A DNA stretch of 64,000 bases from the human T2T-CHM13v2.0 reference genome, Homo sapiens, in the NCBI RefSeq assembly GCF_009914755.1, contig NC_060927.1; one strand, 5' to 3'. The notes under the pieces are model-generated. The model saw only the letters and a list, made by a program, of their open reading frames with translations, ran no database searches and was not told the origin of the DNA. Positions 1 through 14,605 of the stretch are shown piece after piece; positions within the stretch are counted from its first letter, which is position 1; every line of letters starts with the position of its first letter. Both the position numbers and the translations under genes were made by a program.

Positions 1-1706
1 ATTTAATAATTCAAATCAATAATTAATACCTTTCTAACGAAGAAAGCTAGACTTAGATGTGTTAACTGGTGAATTCTAACAAACATTTAAGGTAGAAATT
101 ATACCAATTCTCCACAATCTCTTCTAGGAAACAGAAGCAGAGGGAACACTTCTGAAATATCCTAGGAATCTAGTATCACTCCAATATCAAAAGCATTTCA
201 AGAGAGATAAAATATACATGAATATATTTCATGAAGAAAAATGCAAAAATCTTCAAGAAAATATTACCAAATGTAATACAACAATGTATAAAAAATTATA
301 CATCAACATTAAGTTGGATTTATTCCAAGTATGCAAAGCTGATTCAACATTAAAAAGTCAGTCAATGTAACCCACTGTATCAATAGGCTAAAGAAGAAAG
401 GTTATATCATCATATCAACTGATGCTAAAAAGCCATTCAGCAAAATGGAACATAGTCATTTAAAAAGCTATCAGAAAACTAAGAATAGAGAGAAACTTCC
501 TCCACTTAATCAAAAACATATACAAAATAGCTACAGATAACATCATACTTAATGGTGAGAGACTGGACACTTTCCTCTAAGACTGGAAACAAGGCAAGGA
601 TCTCCCCTCAACACTCCTATTTAATGTCATACTGGAAGTCCTAGCTAGTTCAATGAGACACGCAAAAGAAATAAAATGTATACAAATTAGGAAGGAAGAA
701 ATAGAATGGTCTTTATTTGCAGATGATACAATCATCTATGTAGAAAAACTGAAAGAATAAACAAAAAGCTAACAGAACTAATAAGTGAGCATAGCAAGTT
801 TGCAGGATGAAAGGTTAAGATAGAGTTAATTGTTGTCTTATGTATTAGTAGCTAACAATTGGAATTTGAAATTTAAAAAGATACTATTTACAGTGGTACA
901 CCCACAAAAATAAATACTTGGTATAAATTTAACAACACGTTTATTGACTTGTATGCAAAATACTATAAAATTCTGATTTAAAAAAATCAAAGAAGGTATA
1001 GATAGAGAGATCTTCCATGTTCCCGGATTGGAAGACTCAATGTTATTAAGATGGCAATTATTTCCAACTTTATCTATAGATTCAACATAATTCTACTCAA
1101 AATTCCAGCAAGAAATTTTACACATATTGACAAACTGATTCTAAAGTTTACGTGACAAAAAAACTTAGAATAGCTAAAACAATAGTAAAGAAGAACATGG
1201 AGGAATCACAACGCCTAACTTTAAGACTTTCTAAAAGCTAGAAATCAAGATAACATAGTATCGGAAAAAGAATAGACACACAGATCAATAAAACAGAAAA
1301 AGACTTACACAAATGTAGTCAATTGCTCTTTGACAAATATGCAAAGGTAATTCAATGGAGAAAAGACAGTCTTTTCAACAATTAGTGTGGGAACAATTGG
1401 ATGTCTCTCTATAAAAAATAAAAATAGACACAAATCTTACACATTTCCCAAAAGTTATCTCAAAATGTTTGTAGACCTAAATTAAAAGGCAAAACTACAA
1501 ATCTTTTAGAAGAAGGCATGAAAGAAAATCTACATGACCTTAGGGTTGGTGGTTAATCTTTAGATACAGCACCAAAAGCACAATGCATGGAAGAAAAATT
1601 GATTCGTACATTTTATTAAATTAAAAAGCTCTGCTGTGCAAGATACCTTGTTAAGAGAATGAAAAGACAAGCCACAGGCTGGGAGACAACATTTTGAAAA
1701 CACATA
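1..1706 (+). mobile_element. Old L1M (L1MC/MD-like) ORF2 fragment, 5' part
   Basis: Degenerate L1 ORF2 sequence (tttatttgcagatgat = LFADD RT motif at ~712-728). It is interrupted by the MST provirus. Confidence 0.9.
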
Positions 1707-4056
1707 TGAGATAGTTTGGATGCTGTCCACTCTAAATCTCATGTTGAATTGTAGTCCCCAATGTTGTGGGGATGTGAGAGGTCTTTGGGTCACCTCAGGG
1801 GGCATATCCCTCATGGCTTGGTGGTGTCCTCACAGTGGTAAGTGAGTTCTTGCAAGATCTGGTTACTTAAAAGTATGTATCACTTTACTATCTCTCTCTT
1901 GCTCCTGGTTACCATGTGAGATGCCTGCTCCCCCTTCACCTTCTACTATGAGTGTAAGCTTCCTGAGGCTTCCCTAGAAGCCATCCATGTTATACCTAGA
2001 AGCCTCAGGAAGCAGTTGCCAGCACCATACTTCCTGTAAATCTTGCAGAAGTATGAGCCAATTAAATCTCTCTTCTTTATAAATTACTCAGTCTCAGTTA
2101 TTTCTTTATAGCAATGCAAGAATGATTTAACACAGAAAATTGGTATCAGGAGTGAGGTATTCCTATAAAGAGACCTGAAAATGTAGAACGGAGTAACAGG
2201 CAGAGGTTGGAAGAGTGTGGAGTGCTCAGAGGAAGACAGGAAGATAAGGGAAGGTTTGGAACTTCTTAAAGACTGGGTAAATGATTGTGACCAAAATGCT
2301 GATAGTAATATGGACAGCAAAGGCCAGGCTGATGAGGTCTCAGATAAAAATGAGGAATTTATTGGGAACTAGAGCAAAGACCACCCATGTTATGCCTTAG
2401 CAAAGGGCTTGACTGCATTCTGTTCATGCCCTAGGGAACTGAGGAAGTTTGAACTTAAGAGTGATGACTTGGGGTATCTGACAGAAGATATTTCTAAGTG
2501 TTTAAGAGTTGTCCTGGCTGCCTCTAAAAACCTATTCTCAGATGTGGGAGCAAATAAATGACTTAAATTTGGAAGTTATATTTAAACAGGAAGCAGAGTG
2601 TAAAAGTTTGGAAAATTTTACACCCTAAACATGTGGCAAAAAAAAGGGCTTTTTTGAGGGGATGAATTGCTGCGGAGCTTATTAGAGAGGTTTGCATGAC
2701 TAAAAAGAGCCAAGTGCTGATAGCCAAGACCAATGGGAAAAAGTCCTCGAAGGACTTTCAGAGACATCTGAAGCAGCCCCTCCCATCACAGGCCCAAAGG
2801 CCTAGGAGGAAAGAAGGGTTTTGTTGACCAGGCCCAGGATTCTGCAGCCCTGAGCAGCCTTGGGCACTGCTTCCTGCATTCAGGCCAATCCAGCTTTAGC
2901 CATGGCTCAAAGGGACCCAGTTATAGCTTAGGCCACAGCTCTGGAGGGCACAAGCCATAAGCCTGTGTGGTTTCCACATGGTGTCAAGCCTGCAGGCTCA
3001 CAAAGTGCAAGAGTGAAGAAGCTCTGGAAGCCTCTGCCTAGATTTCACAGAATTTATGGGAAAGCCTGGGTGTCCAGGCAGAAGTCTGTTGTAGGGGTGG
3101 AGCTCTCACACAGAGCCTCTACTATGGCAGTGCAGATGGGAAATGTGGAGTTGGGGACCCATGCAGAGTCCCCACTGGGGCACTGTCTAGTAAAGCTGTG
3201 GGAAGGGGGCCACTGTCCTCCAAATCCCAGAATGGTAGAGCCACCAGCAACTTGCAACCTCAGCATGAAAAAGCCACAGGGGTAGGGTTTCCCAGGGCTT
3301 TGGGAGTCCATCCCTTGCAGCAGTGTTCCCTAGATGTGGTACATAGAGTCAAAGGAGGTTATTTTGGAGCTTCAGGATTTAATGACTGCCCTGCTGGGTT
3401 TTAGACTTGTGTGGGCCTATAGCTACTTTCTTTTGGTGTATTTCTCCTTTTTTGGAATAGGAATGTTTACCAATTCTTGTACCCCTCTTGTATCTTGGAA
3501 GTAAAAAGCTTATTTTTGATTTTGCAGGCTTGTAGGTGGAAGAGACTTGGTTTGTCTCAGATGAGACTTTGCACTTAGGACTTTTGAGTAATGCTGAAAT
3601 GAGTTGAGACTTTTGGAGGACTATTGGCAGGAGATGATTGTATTTTGCAATGTGAGAAGAACATGAGATGTGTGAGGCCAGGAGCAGGATAATGAGTTTG
3701 GATTGTAATCCTCAATGTTGGAGGTGGGGCCTGGTGAGAGGTGTTTGGGTCATGAAGGTGGATTCCTTATGGCTTGGTGGTCTCCTCACTATAGTGAGTT
3801 CTCCTGAGATCTGATTATTTAAAAGTGTTTGGCACCTTCGTCCCCGACTTGCTCCTGTTCTTACCATGTGAAACATCTGGTCCCCCTTTGCCTTCTGCCA
3901 TGTTTGTAAGCTTCCTGAGGCCTCCCCAGAAGCTGAGCAGATACCAGGACCATGCTTTTTATAAAAGCATGCAGAACCATGAGCCAATTAATTTTCTTTT
4001 ATAAGTTACTCAGTCTCAGGTATTTCTTTATAGCAATGCAAGAATGGCCTAACACA
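1707..4056 (+). mobile_element. Complete MaLR provirus, MSTA/MSTB-like (5' LTR 1707-2134, internal 2135-~3689, 3' LTR ~3690-4056)
   Basis: Two LTRs both end in ttatagcaatgcaagaatg..taacaca, with typical MaLR internal sequence between them. 5-bp TSD ACATA at 1702-1706 and 4057-4061. Confidence 0.93.
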
Positions 4057-4061
4057 ACATA

Positions 4062-4645
4062 TTTAACAAAGGGCTTGTATCTGTAATATACAAGAACTCT
4101 TAAAACTCAGCAATAAGAAAATAAACAAGCCAATGAAAAAATGGGCAAAAGATCTAAACAGACAACTGAGAAAGAAAGATATAAAGATGGCAAAGAAGCA
4201 TATGAAAAGATGCTAAATATAATTTGCCATCACAGAAGTACAAATTAAAACAATAATAAGATACCACTACATTCCTATTAGAGTGATTAAAATCCAAAAA
4301 ACTGACAACATCAATTGCCAGCAAGGATTCAGAGCAACAGGAAATTTCACCTATTGTTGCAGTGGATGCAAAATGGTATAGTCATTTTGGAAGAGGTTTT
4401 ACAGTTTCTTGCAAAGCTAAAATAGGCTTACCATATGTTCCAAGACTCATGCTCCTAGGTGTTTACCCAACTGATATGAAAGCCCATGTCCACACAAAAA
4501 CCAGCGTGTGAATGTTTACAACTGCCTTATTTAAAATCAACATCAACTGAAAGCAACCAAGATGTCCTTCAATAGGTAAATGGATAAATTGTGATACATT
4601 CAGACAATGGGATGTCATTCAGAAAAAATGAATGTGCTATCAAGC
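4062..4645 (+). mobile_element. Continuation of the old L1M (ORF2 end/3' region)
   Basis: Colinear L1 sequence resumes right after the ACATA TSD. Confidence 0.88.
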
Positions 4646-4684
4646 CACTAGACTAGGTTGTAGAGAACCGTGCATGAGGTAGAA

Positions 4685-4845
4685 TCTGACACTTTGGAGC
4701 TGGGCTGTCCACTGGGAGAGTGACTAGCCACATGAACACTTAAAATATAGCTAGTGTGATTGAAGTACTGAATTTTCAATTTAACTTAATTTAAAATTAA
4801 ATACGCACCATGTGTCTAGTGGCTGCTATCTCAGCAAGTCCAGCT
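4685..4845. mobile_element. MER3-like hAT-Charlie MITE
   Basis: actagccacatgaacacttaaaatatagctagtgtgattgaag...tgtgtctagtggctgcta resembles the MER3 consensus. Confidence 0.7.
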
Positions 4846-5059
4846 TTAAAACATTAAATTCTGTTCCTCTCTCCTGCAAATGTCTCCAACCCCAGATCTA
4901 GTGCCCTTTGCTTCTCTCTCCATTCTTTGTTATAAGGATCAATTTAGACTTTCTCTCTTAGTTTTTATTTGATGCTCTGTTATGGTGGAAGGTGTGGATA
5001 TGAGCTAGGAAGAGTGGGGATAAGTAGACAAGTCTACTGAATAAAGACAGCACCCTCTT

Positions 5060-5240
5060 TTTGTAGAGTTTCAGACACTGTTCTAAGGAATCTGCATGGG
5101 TTCCTTTATCTAATTGTCATAAAATCCTATTATAATGATTTCCATTTTATAGATGTGGTACCTGGCACACAGAGAGGTTGGCAAGGTTCACATAGCTACG
5201 AAACAGTGGAATCAAGCCAGGTTCACATTGTATACCACTG
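5060..5240. mobile_element. MIR
   Basis: MIR core-like ccattttatagatgtggtacctggcacacagagaggtt. Confidence 0.7.
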
Positions 5241-5489
5241 TGCTATAGTGTCTCCTAGTATGGCCCTAATTTGTGGGGCCAATGGGCTTGAAATAGCATT
5301 CACTTACTTCCAATACTACAGAGTACAGAAGCAGCAGCTTCTGGAATTTAGGTATCATGAATGATTAGTACCTTGTCCTACTCCAGGGAGTAGGACATAG
5401 AACATTGTAGGGCTGATATAGGCTGGGGAAGAGATGGCATCCATCTGCTACCAATATTTGCATTGATCATGTCATTTTTAGGTCCAGTG

Positions 5490-6990
5490 TCTTCAGTGGC
5501 TTCCCAGTTGTCTAGGCATCAAATGCAAACTCCTCAGCCTGCAATTTGTATCTAACTTACCTTTGTGACTTGATCTTCAACTCCTTGGGTGTTTATAGCC
5601 TCTACATGGTTTCTACTACCCACTGGTCTCTGAGCCCTTCTTGCACCAGTCTTCTTGACTTCCTAATTTGTGATTGAGGCATCTTTCCCAGTGGGATCTA
5701 GGTGGTCTAGCTCTTCACTCATGCTTCTCAACCTTTCATCTGCCTTGAAGCCTGTGTAGAATACACCAACCCAGTAACATGAAGCCCAGTGATTGCCTCC
5801 CTTCCATTCCACTGCCACTGCCCTTGCTTATGTCCACACTACCTAAACCACTGTGGTCTCCCAGCTCCTCCTTCCTGTAATCCACCTCCAAAATGCACCC
5901 AATAGCTGCTGAGTTGGTCTTCCTAGCAATGCTCAGCAACTCAAATTCTTGCTCATTTGCTTAAAACTTTCACCCTTTCCCCACCACATGATAATAATAA
6001 AGGTTTCCTACCTCTCTTAATCACTGGCCTTCTTGCGTTTTCCCAAGCATGCTGGTATGTATTTACCCCTTAAGCTTTGCATGCACTAGTCCCTCTCCCT
6101 GGGATGCCCAAGTGGTTGGTTCCCACGTAGCAGTCAGGACTATGCTCAAGTTTCATTCTCTCAGAGAAGCCTTCCATGAACAGAATACTGGATCTAGCTC
6201 TCCCTTTCTTCTCTTTTCCCCTCTTCTTTATTTTTCTTTGAAGCATTTATCATTGCTTCACATTATACGGCAGGTCCTTGAAGTATACCATTTTGTTCAA
6301 TGTTTCATTACAATGTTGATGAGAAAAGTAATTGATTCTGTGAAGTCTGCATGTTCTCCCAATGTCTGTGTGAGTTTTCTATGGGTCTTCCGGTTTCCTC
6401 CCACATCCCAAGGCTGTGCATGTCAGGTTAATGGGTGTGTCTAAATGGTCCCCATCTGAATATGTGTGGGTGTGTTAGTGCACCCTACAGTGGGCTGGTG
6501 TCCTGTCTGGGGCTGGTTCGTGCCTTGAGCCACTGGGACAGACTCCAGCCACCTGAGATCCTGAACTGGAAAAACTGGATAAATCATTATCTTACTTGTT
6601 TTGAGTAATCTTTTAAAAATGTGAAGTTTTTAAAACTTTAATTCACATTAATTTCAATGTTTAATATTAAAAGGCTTTCGGGTCTTTCTTTAGAAGTCTG
6701 GCAATTTTGTGACTAGAAATATGCCAAAGGAACTTAACTCCTGTTGCTATAGGTTAGCCTAGGTAAAACTGGTTTCATTGTATGTAATTGCACTTAAAGT
6801 TACAGTTTCCAAGAATCTATCAAGGATATTAAGTGAAGACTTACTGAATATTTTTTGTTTTGTTTTTTTGTTAGTCTCCCTACTGGAATGTAATTCTGCC
6901 AAGGCCCACATGCTGTCTGTTTTATTTACTGCTATCTACAGCACCGAGAACCATGCCTAGGCCCCCAATAAACATTTGTTAAACAGATGA
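5490..6990 (+). mobile_element. L2 3' region, interrupted by MER6A
   Basis: Pyrimidine-rich L2-like tracts ending in caataaacatttgttaaacagatga. Confidence 0.65.
6268..6846 (+). mobile_element. MER6A-like TcMar-Tigger element
   Basis: Termini cggcaggtccttgaa... and ...aagtgaagacttactg, preceded by TA. Internal ggtttcctcccacatccca tract typical of MER6. Confidence 0.85.
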
Positions 6991-7571
6991 GAAAATGTAA
7001 AATATAAATCAGAATAGCTCTATTAATCAGACAACCTGGTTATAAGAAACAGAAATCTAGGAGGACAGTGCTTATTAATAACATTTGGAAGGGGAATGGC
7101 CTATCAGTATTGTTTCTCTAAAGTTGTATGGACCAAACTGTCTTATCAATTTGCAGTGGCAGGCTCATTCGGACAAAAAAAGATTAATACTAAATGCTGC
7201 ATTCCATGTTCATTTCGTGAAGATCCACAACACACGGTAGCATCTTTAAGGTTCTGAGCCACCCTGTAATAAACAAACTAGACTTAAAAAAAACTTAAAT
7301 ATATATCAGCACAGAATTCTTTTTCTAAAGAGCTCCTCAGAGTAGATTCAAGTTAAGGTGGTGGCCTGACGTGAAATAATTCTATCCCACCTTCTTCTGA
7401 TATAGGCATGGTATATCCTAGCACAGAGGTATGCCTCTGTGGCTCACAATTTGTCTAACAGATGGACATGTGAACTAAGCCAGGCCAATTAGAGGACATC
7501 TGAGAATTAAATGATGAATCTGAGAGACAGACTTTCCTTGCCTCGCAGGCTGTGGATCTAAGGCTATAACT

Positions 7572-7757
7572 TTTCCCCCCCATAAGTTATTGGGGTACAG
7601 GTAGTATTTGGTTACATAAGTTCTTTAGTGGTGATTTGTAAGATTTTGGTGCACCCGTCACTCATGTATACACTGCACCATATTTGTAGTTTTTTATTCC
7701 CCAACCCCATCTCACTCTTCCCCCCAAGTCCCCAAAGTCCACTGTATCGTTCTTATA
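7572..7757 (-). mobile_element. Short L1PB/L1MA 3'-end insertion
   Basis: L1 3' UTR reverse complement flanked by TSD taaggct(a/g)t(a/g)actttt at ~7559 and ~7758. Confidence 0.85.
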
Positions 7758-9767
7758 TAAGGCTGTGACTTTTAAGAAGCCCAATCTATACTCCTTGTCT
7801 CATGGAGAAAGTCTGTTTATGGCAGGACAGGAGCCAACATAATTCTCAACAAGAGAATTAGCTGAGAGATGGAGAGAAAAAGAGGAGGAAAAAGTAAATA
7901 ATGGAGAATAATAGGGACTTAATAGGGATAATAATATGGCATTTAAGTCTTTAAATCCAGTCAATTTCTGAAGCGAGATCCACCCCTGTCTTGACGTTTG
8001 AAAATTTCTTTTTTTTTTTTAAAGATCGGCTCACTAATACACACTCAATACCATTTTTACATAATGCCCAATGACAAACCTCAGCAGTTAAGCCTGACTT
8101 GTTGACTAGCCCACTCAAAATTGTAAAGGACAACACATAACCAACCAACTAACCAACCAACAAGAGCAAATGGTGCCCTTGTCTCTGAATGATATACAGA
8201 TTTTTTTCTACTCCTTCATGGATGAAATCTACATAGATTCTTAGCTTCCAACAAGAGTAAGATAATCAGATACAGTGTGATATTGTGCAAAGACCAAGGT
8301 GAGCACTTACAAGTTTAAAGTACACAATTCCAAGGGCTGGGGGTAGGTGCTATTCACAGCAGTCTTTAGAGGCTCTTTAGTCTGATGAACCTGACTATGC
8401 AAGTTCTCTACACCTGTGTTTCTGCAGAAGCAACAAGGGGCAATCTTCCTCCACCCAGGAAAGCAAGACACTTGCCTAATGCTTCTTTATGTCCTCCAAC
8501 AGTGTCTTACCTAGAGAAGGGCCTTAATTCAGGTTTGTGGAATGAATGAAACTCAGGCTGGTCCTGTTCCTTATTAACATGGTTATAGTCAAGGTTGGCT
8601 TAAGGAATTTGTAATAAAATTTATTTTCAGCACATTACTTCATGAATGCTATCCTTGTAGATTCATATATATTCAGTGGTTGCTTTTGAGAAATCTAAAA
8701 ATACCGTCACTTGGCATTTGCCCTAGAACAGTGTGCTGCCTTGATGCAGCCATAACAGTCATACCATATGGGAGGAAACCTGGGTACTTTCAAACAGACT
8801 CCTCTTTTAAAATCAAGTCTGCTGCTGTCGCTGGAGCTTGCAGCCTCCTGAACCTCTTTATTTAGATACAGCATTCCAGGGCCATTATTTCATATGTAGA
8901 GGGATTTTTTTAAATAGCTTGCAGTTTGGGCTTTTCACCACTAGAGTTCAACCTTGCTCTTATCTAGATGATTTCAAGGAAGAAAACTAACTAAATAAAA
9001 TAAATCAGCATCTCCTCAAACAAAACACAAAGAAAATTCCCTAAGTACCTTCTCTAATTCCAATCCTGACCTTTGACTACCAAAAGCTGGCTTCGTTCAT
9101 GTGCCTTTTTTTTTTCTGACATACTTAAGATTTCCTGGTTGGTATTGTCATCAGGGATCAAATTCTTGAATGCCCTTGCTTAGTTACAAGTAATTTATCA
9201 ATGCTTGATAAATAATTTCTCCTTAGATTCAGTTTGTTTATTTCTAAGTACAATCTTTAGCCGAAACTGCCTGGCTGATTGATGGGAGAGCATGCTTCTG
9301 GTCGGTAGATCCTGGGGGCTCACAACAGGGTAGTCAGAGCTACAGTGAAAGCGACTGCTACTCTGGGTCTCATAGTTGATCATTAATTTTTTGAGAAGTT
9401 TTTTCTTTAATAAATATAGCTTTCTCCCTGAGGTTTGGTTTTGATTTCCAAATTCAAGACGTACCTCTTTTTTCCCTTTCTTTGTACCCATTGTCTTCAG
9501 ATATATTTCTGAAGAGACCAAAATCAAGCATACAATGTCACAATTTTGCTAGTGGTCAACCTATCACTCCCAGGACTTCTAAAAACTATGCTGTGTCAAA
9601 TTAGGCATACATAATAATTAGAAATGCATGATAAAAGCTAACATTGCACATTTATCATACACTTGGCACTTTAGATGCTTTATTTCATGCAATCTTCACA
9701 AAAGTCTTATGAATCAGGGATGATCCTCAGTCCCATTTTACAGATAAATAAACAGTAATATATATAA

Positions 9768-10031
<264 letters not shown>

Positions 10032-10639
10032 TGCATATAAATAATTTGACTAAGGCCACTCAGCTAGTAAGTGGTGGAGTGAGAAGTCAAACACAGGTCT
10101 CTACCTGAACATTGTGCTCAATGAGGGTTCTACATTCATATAGCCTGAACTTTTTGAGGGCACAGATAAAGAGTATAATAATAACCCTGATAAAAGGAGT
10201 GGCCATGGCTAGGCAGAAAAGCAAGAAACTTGCAAGGGATACGCAGAAATTAAATGATGAAACAAAATGTGTTAATTGAGATTTTGCAGCAGACACAGAC
10301 ACCCTGTTCAAATGGCTGACGTATATAGGCTTCACCATCTCTAATAACAGAGAACATGCTATCAACATGTAATGTGGTAAGAACTTCTCTCAGTCATACT
10401 GGCTAAAATGTTCACCAATTTATTACAAAGGAGAATCTTAAAATTGATCTTCAAAACTCACTATTTAGATTTTCACAGTTGTGACAAATAATAATGCTCA
10501 GGTTGGCTGTATGAGGAATTATCTAGGGTTCAAGTAGTCTCATCTAACCTTTTTGTTATCACTTTAACATTCTGGGTTAATGAGTCCTGTGTCCTACCAA
10601 ATGCTATTACAAGTACTTACCCCTGATAGGCCATTCATT

Positions 10640-11264
<625 letters not shown>

Positions 11265-11304
11265 TAATAGTAGCTCTTGTTTTTGGTCATTCTAGGCAAA
11301 GTAG

Positions 11305-11495
11305 CAGCTAACATTAATTGAGTACTTACTATGTAGCAGGCCTCTTTAATTTATATCTCATTTAATTTTCATAACCACTCTGTTTCACAGATAAGGGGAA
11401 ACAAACACAAAAATCATGTAACTTGTCCAAATCACACAGCTAACAAAAGAAAACTGTGGACATTTTGAGTCAGAGCCCAGGTTCTTAACCCTACC
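11305..11495. mobile_element. MIR
   Basis: MIR-like core and ends. Confidence 0.65.
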
Positions 11496-12439
11496 AGCAT
11501 GCTTTTCTTTTGGTATTTGCTGCTGTATACTTTAATTGCCTATGTAAGAAACAACACCGAGTGAACCATGCTGACCTAATTTTCTAGTTCTAGTTTGTTT
11601 CATTCATAGTAATATAAAAATTAGCTGCTTATTTTCCATAATAACTCCTTAAATACACTTGTTATGTGGAATATATTAAGTTAGTTAAGAATATGGTTTA
11701 TTTATATATCTAGAATATGTACTCCCTTTATATTAAAATATTTATAGCAGCTGACAAAATTTAGTGCAAAATAGACTGATTATCCATAAGAATTATAAAT
11801 GATAAATAAATGAACCTTGGTAGGTTGTGCATGCAAAGACAAATCAGTTAATGATAAAAACAGAATAAGGATTATCTGCAGGAGCATGGGGTGCAGGTAA
11901 TATCAGGCATCTGAGATGAACTCACTACTACTATCAGAAACTGAGTTTGGCTATACGTTTCCTAGCTGCTAAGACAGAGCAACATCCACACTAGGTTACA
12001 TAATATTCATTTTTTTGAACAAAAGAAGATAGAAAATTGTCCTTGAGAAAAACTTTCTTACAACTGATCCTTGTAAAAGGTTCATGGGCTAACAGTGAAG
12101 AATATTTTCAACTTTGCAGGAAGCAAGGACTCCTGAAAGAATTTTTTTTTACAATCTTCTATAATAAATGGGAGTGAAAATGAAATTGGCATTTTTGGAA
12201 GGGGGGGGGAGAAACAGTTGAGATAATATGACCTAGGTATTCTCTGTTCTGCATACCTTATTTAACAGTGGGTTACAGAATGGGGAAATGGATAGTTAAC
12301 AATTTCCACGGATTCTTCCTCAAAATATTAATTACAGTAAGCAGACCTTTGACAGGTGTCATATCACAATTAATTTCATGACTAGTAAAAATATAATTAG
12401 ACTAGTAAAAACAACAACTGCTACAAAATAACAGTGGCA

Positions 12440-12690
12440 GCTAATAACTACTGCATACTTATCAGGAGGCAAGATCTGGGTCGAACATTTTACAAACATT
12501 ATTTCATTTAAGGTTTCCCATAAGTTTCTGAGTTAGGCACAGTCATGTTCCCATTTTAAAGATGAGAAAGCTGAGACTTAGAGAAGTTAGGAAAGTTTCC
12601 CAAAGTTGCCCAGCTAGTAAGGATCCGAGAGCTCAGATTCAACTATGGTCGGACTGGTTCCAAAGCTTGTGTTTTTATCTACTACTTTGT
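12440..12690. mobile_element. MIR
   Basis: cccattttaaagatgagaaagctgagacttagagaagtt core. Confidence 0.8.
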
Positions 12691-12979
12691 GGTTACTCTA
12701 CCACCTTTATTATATCTATTCCATGTTTTTACTGAGACAATTGCACAAGACCTGAGGAGACATAAACATTTAAGATGAGAATACACAGAGGAAAAAAAGA
12801 AGTGTTCTCCACTTCCTAGACAAAATTAGTAAGTTTAAGAAGACACAGAACCATACAGCTTACATGAAATCAGTTCTACTATTTATCACGATGGACAAAA
12901 GAAATGATGAGCCACTCTGCGCACTGTCATAGGTCAGACTAGGATCTCGCCTGGAACCCGAGGATGTGAGAAACCGCTG

Positions 12980-13046
12980 TGACTCATGGCTAACTGCTGT
13001 TTCAGAACCTAGGACAGCGGCACACATCCCTTCCACTAGGGGGCAG
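12980..13046 (+). promoter_or_regulatory. Candidate composite element: AP-1 (12980-12986), REST RE1-like (13001-13021), CTCF core (13033-13046)
   Basis: TGACTCA; TTCAGAACCTAGGACAGCGGC (17/21 to TTCAGCACCACGGACAGCGCC); CCACTAGGGGGCAG. Motif match only. Confidence 0.6.
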
Positions 13047-13474
13047 GGTGGTCATTACATTGTGATTGTTTATAAGCTGAGCCTGATTCTGACAGGCAGA
13101 AAGCCAGCTCAACTTCTGTAGCTTCAGAATAGGCAGCCAGTGGGGCCAAGTGTCCATGTTTGCCCCAGATAAGAATCTTGGACCTTTTCAAGTATTTGTA
13201 AAAGCATCCAGTGGACACCTTAGCTTTTTGCATTTGGTAACCACAGTGTCAAGAGCTAGAAAAAGTGTAAAATACCAAATATTAGAAGAGCTTTGGACAG
13301 TGCCAGCTTGAAAATGCCTCTCTTGGCCACTGTACTTATGTTGATTGATTTCATATTTACCTGTGGACTGACTGCAATAAATGGGCTTGCTAGCACATTT
13401 TTGGAACTATCCTTACCTAGGCTATGAAAAGTTCAGAAAGGGAAGTTAAGGGAGAACAGTATAACAGAAGTGGC

Positions 13475-13695
13475 TAGTAACAGGGGCTTTGGAGCCAGAT
13501 AGACATGAATTTAGACTTGATTTCACCACTTTTTCACAATAGGACTTTGAGTAAATGATAACCTCTCTTTCTGTACTTCGATTTTCTCAACTATAAAATA
13601 GAAATGGTATAACAGATATCTTACAGGATTGTTATGATGACTAAATGAATCTCTAAAGCACTTGGCTGGATGTCTGGCACACAAGGCTCAATGAT
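13475..13695. mobile_element. MIR
   Basis: ggctttggagccagatagacatgaatt...ttttctcaactataaaatagaaat. Confidence 0.75.
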
Positions 13696-14023
13696 CACCA
13701 GGATGATGATGAATCTGCTATTGAAGGAAAAAAATAATAACCTTAGCATATGTCAATTTACGTTACCCAATATAGTTTATACATCTCAAACAAATATAAG
13801 AAATGTATATAAATATTCACTGGTTCATTTACTCATTTATTTATTCATCAAGCATTTATTAAACATCTGTAGTTTGCCAGGTAAGGGGAATACAAAGACA
13901 ATCATTAAGAAAGCTCACAAATATTCTAGCATATAGTAAGAATTGCTTTACCCAATGAAACAGAGCAATGACATACATTGTTGCCACGTAGGAGGATCAA
14001 AAGCCACTCTATACTTTGCCATT

Positions 14024-14381
14024 TGATATGGTTTGGGTGGGCTGTGTCCCCAAATCTCCTCTCAAACTGTAATCCCCACTTGTTGATGGAGGGACCTGCT
14101 GGGAAGTGACTGGACCATGGGAGTGGTTCCCCCATACTGTTCTTGTGATGGTGAGTTATCATGAAATCTGATTGTTTAAAAATGGCACTTTCCCCTTTGT
14201 TCTTTCTGACTCCTGCTGCCTTGTGAAGAAGGTACTTGCTTCTCTTTCACCTTCTGCCATAATTATAAGTTTCCTAAGGCCTCCTAAGCCATGTGGAATT
14301 GTGAGTCAATTAAACCTCTTCACTTTATAAATTACCCAGTCTCAGGTATTTCTTATAGCAGTGTGAAAATGGGCTAATACA
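14024..14381 (+). mobile_element. THE1 (THE1C/D-like) solo LTR
   Basis: tgatatggtttgg...gtgagtcaattaaacctctt...ctaataca. Confidence 0.92.
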
Positions 14382-14605
14382 CTATACTTTCCTTCTCCCC
14401 CCTAAAACAATGCACGATGTTACAGATAGCAACTTCTCGGCCAGTCTGGGTCTCTGAATGAGAATGATGGCAATGTGCAGGAGAGACCCCAGCTGACTTT
14501 TGATGGCAATAAAATGTGCACAAGAAATCAACTGTTTATTATAAGTCATTTAGATTTGGGGTCATTTACTACCTCAGCACAACCTGGGATATCCTAAATG
14601 ATGTT
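14382..14605 (+). mobile_element. MLT1-like LTR remnant
   Basis: Ends in aagtcatttagatttggggtcatttactacctcagcacaacct, an MLT1-type 3' end. Confidence 0.55.

Noticed and set aside
2965-3404. ORFs in the MST internal region
   Set aside because: These are fragments of the decayed MaLR internal ORF, not a host gene.
9261-9379. Possible terminal exon after ctttAG (ETAWLIDGRACFWSV...)
   Set aside because: No recognisable homology or partner exons.
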